From positions 2,976,001-3,040,000 of the forward strand of contig NC_052176.1 in the NCBI RefSeq assembly GCF_902713615.1: DNA of 64,000 bases, written 5' to 3'. Every line of letters begins with the position of its first letter. Position 1 is the first letter of the stretch. Below the pieces are notes generated by a model. The model saw nothing but the letters and a program-made list of their open reading frames with translations, did not search any database and had not been told where the DNA came from. A program made the translations under genes and the position numbers. Positions 61,571 to 64,000 of this stretch are shown in pieces. The DNA is from Scyliorhinus canicula (Eukaryota).

Positions 61571-62937
61571 GTGAGCCCGGGCCTTCGAGTGGCTGGCTGA
61601 GAAGGGATTGTAGGAGCTTGCGCCACTGTAAGGACAGCGGATCTGGTTTGAAGCACAGTTAGCCAGCATTCTGCGGTTGCTGAGCTTTGAGTGGTGGCTT
61701 GGGGCTGCTGAGTGCCTGCCTGAACCGCAGGTAAAAGCAGATATGGGGGTATCTGGGGAGTATGTATATAACCTCGTCCAAATGCCGTATATCTGACAGT
61801 GCAGCTTTGTTGCACCTTTCCCCTCCTAACGTACCAGGACCTGTGGTGTGGCTAAAACCTATACCACTGACGACTCAAAGATGCCTTAACAGAAACCCAA
61901 GACATTGCATCCCTTTGTTGAGGGCTAGTGGGTCGGACATAGAAGAGGCCGTAAGAGAAATGGAATGGCTACAGCGCAGAAGGAGGCCCTTCAGCCCCTT
62001 TGCTTCCATGCTGGCCCTCTGGAAGAGCAACTCACTTGAGTGCCATTACCTCCCCTGTAGCTCTGTAAATTTTAATTTGCAACTTTAGTCGTTCTTTTCC
62101 AATCCCCGGTGTCCAAAGTAGGTGTCAAGATGTCTTTTTTTTCAAATCATCCTGTGCAACCAACCCTGGCAAAATCAAAACCCAAGTGCTCGTTTGATGT
62201 CTTGAGGAATCTTGCAAAATGGCTGGCTCTTTTTTTTGCGCGCCGCATACAACTGTCTGCCCATCTTCCGTGGCTGCCTTCACGGCCGGGTGTTTCCTGG
62301 AAAGGGGAGCACGCGGTGTCTGCCGGCACGATTGAGATCACCCGTGCCCTGTGGGAACCGCAGGGACTGGGGGTGTTTTGTCGCCACCTTGACTCGCATC
62401 TTGTTTCGATGTTTGAAGTTTCCTTTGGGATGCTTGTTAACTTTGATGCCATGTCCCTTTTAAAGGGCGGCCTTTTAATTCATCCCTCAATTTGTTGATG
62501 CAGTTAATTTGGTTTCCCGGAAAGAAGCGCTCGCATGCACGCAGGACAAGTAGACTTGGGTCGCCAGCTCTGGTGATGTTCCTGGAAATTTCATCACGTC
62601 GTACCACCTCCAAACACTCTGCCCCATGCACCCCTATCACCCCCCCCCCCCACTAACAAACCTGGCCATCCCACCTTCCCAAGGCCAATGGCAAGATAAT
62701 CAGACACTCCGGATGATTCTTGACTGACAGCATTCATCCTCTTGTATCAAATATTTTTATTACCGATAGACTGAAGCATTCTAAGAAGTTTTTTTTTGTT
62801 GAAAAATGCTACTTTTCTTTTTAATGCCCTCGCGGGTTTCTCCCGCGTTTTGCTTGCGGCAGCATCCCGGAGGTGAATCTTTCAACTCCAGCGAAGAGGG
62901 TTGGTCACCTTAAGTGGGCTGCATGTCGAAGCACTTC

Positions 62938-63235
62938 GCACGGTAGCGCAGCGGTTAGCACTGTTGCTTAACACCGCCAGGTTCGATTCCCGGCTTGCGT
63001 CACTGTCTGTGCGGAGTCTGCACGTCCTCCCCTGTGTCTGAGTGGGTTTCCTCCGGGTGCTCCGGTTTCCTCCCACAAGTCCCCGAAAGACGTGCTTGTT
63101 AGGTAAATCGGACATTCTGAATTCTCCCTCTGTGACCCGAACAGGAGCCGGAATGTGGCGACGAGGGGCTTTTCACAGTAACTTCATTGCAGTGTTAATG
63201 TAAGCCGACTTGTGACACTAATAAAGATTATTATA
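62938..63235 (+). mobile_element. V-SINE with alternative 'GGAATGTGGCGAC' tail (also 2663, 9445, 15537, 28258, 43905)
   Basis: Same head as HE1, different 3' module ending in ATT repeats. Confidence 0.85.
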
Positions 63236-63690
63236 GTGAATGAAGCTCTTTAAACACTCACGATAAGGTACTATGTAAATGATTCACCAACCTGGCTGCT
63301 CCAGGTTTACCTTACCCCAGCCTCGAAGCTTATCGACCTTAATGATGCCCTGGGCTGTGGGCCTCAACTCATTACTGGCAGGGGAGGAGTGTTAAATCTG
63401 CGTCCCCTTTCACCCCACAGCGCACAGGTGTAGGGGGGGGGGGGCTTGCAGGATTCGAGCATCCCCTAAATTAGAGCACGCACCGAGCAAAGGTCCGGGG
63501 AGCGGCAGGTGGTCTCCTGTGCCTTCCGGCTTTGGAGATTCCTGGGATTTCCCCTCCGCTACAGGGACACCAATCCCCATCCACGTTGCTAATCGCTCAG
63601 TGAGCGAAGAACGTCTCTCCCCCAGTCCCAGATTTGCCTTCGGTGAGTCACATCCTGTATCTGCTTTTGCCGTTAAAAGTGCAATCTTCC

Positions 63691-63916
63691 GGGCAGCACG
63701 GTGGCGCAGTGGGTTAGCACTGCTGCCTCACGGCGCCGAGGTCCCAGGTTCGATCCCGGCTCTTGGGTCACTGTCCGTGTGGAGTTTGCACATTCTCCCC
63801 CGTGTCTGCGTGGGTTTCGTCCCCACAACCCAAAGATGTGCAGGGTAGGTGGATTGGCCACGTTAAATTGCCCCTTAATTGGAAAAAATGAATTGGGTAC
63901 TCTAAATTTATTTTTT
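63691..63916 (+). mobile_element. Short poly(A)-tailed V-SINE
   Basis: 16-bp TSD AAAAGTGCAATSTTCC at a TT|AAAA site. Confidence 0.9.
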
Positions 63917-64000
63917 AAAAGTGCAATGTTCCACAAAAGGCCTAAAATCTCCACCAACACCTAGTCACATTGCTGTTTACGTGTTCTCGCTCTGTGTAAG

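Noticed and set aside
62109-62498. Further RCE1 exon or separate gene
   Set aside because: No match to the expected next RCE1 segment (..WLRNQVIAPLTEE..) and no convincing splice sites.

Overview
Vertebrate nuclear DNA, almost certainly an elasmobranch (shark), judged from dense HE1/V-SINE-type SINEs, CR1 LINEs and Penelope palindromes. Two spliced + strand genes are recognisable. The first is a complete 16-exon TOP6BL/C11orf80 (TOPOVIBL, the SPO11 partner; CDS 8556-41813, 1902 nt, 633 aa as I assemble it). The second is exons 1-4 of RCE1 (CAAX prenyl protease 2; 51523-61570, continuing past the window). This is the same order and orientation as in mammals. A third, unidentified spliced transcript appears to run divergently on the - strand from a CpG island at ~5.3-5.6 kb, separated from the TOP6BL start codon by a ~3 kb C-rich minisatellite. 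The best finding is that TOP6BL exon 9 appears to be flanked by two non-canonical introns: a U12-type GT-AT intron upstream and an apparent GA-AG intron downstream. Other points of interest are Penelope-type palindromes carrying paired minimal hammerhead ribozymes, CpG-rich MITEs loaded with CRE/NRF1 motifs, a modular SINE system with swapped heads and tails, a 25-kb-distant inverted templated copy, and a TSD-less LTR-like insertion. Most ORF-track entries are repeat artefacts. Comparisons to mammalian proteins are from memory, not from a search. Only representative SINE copies are listed.
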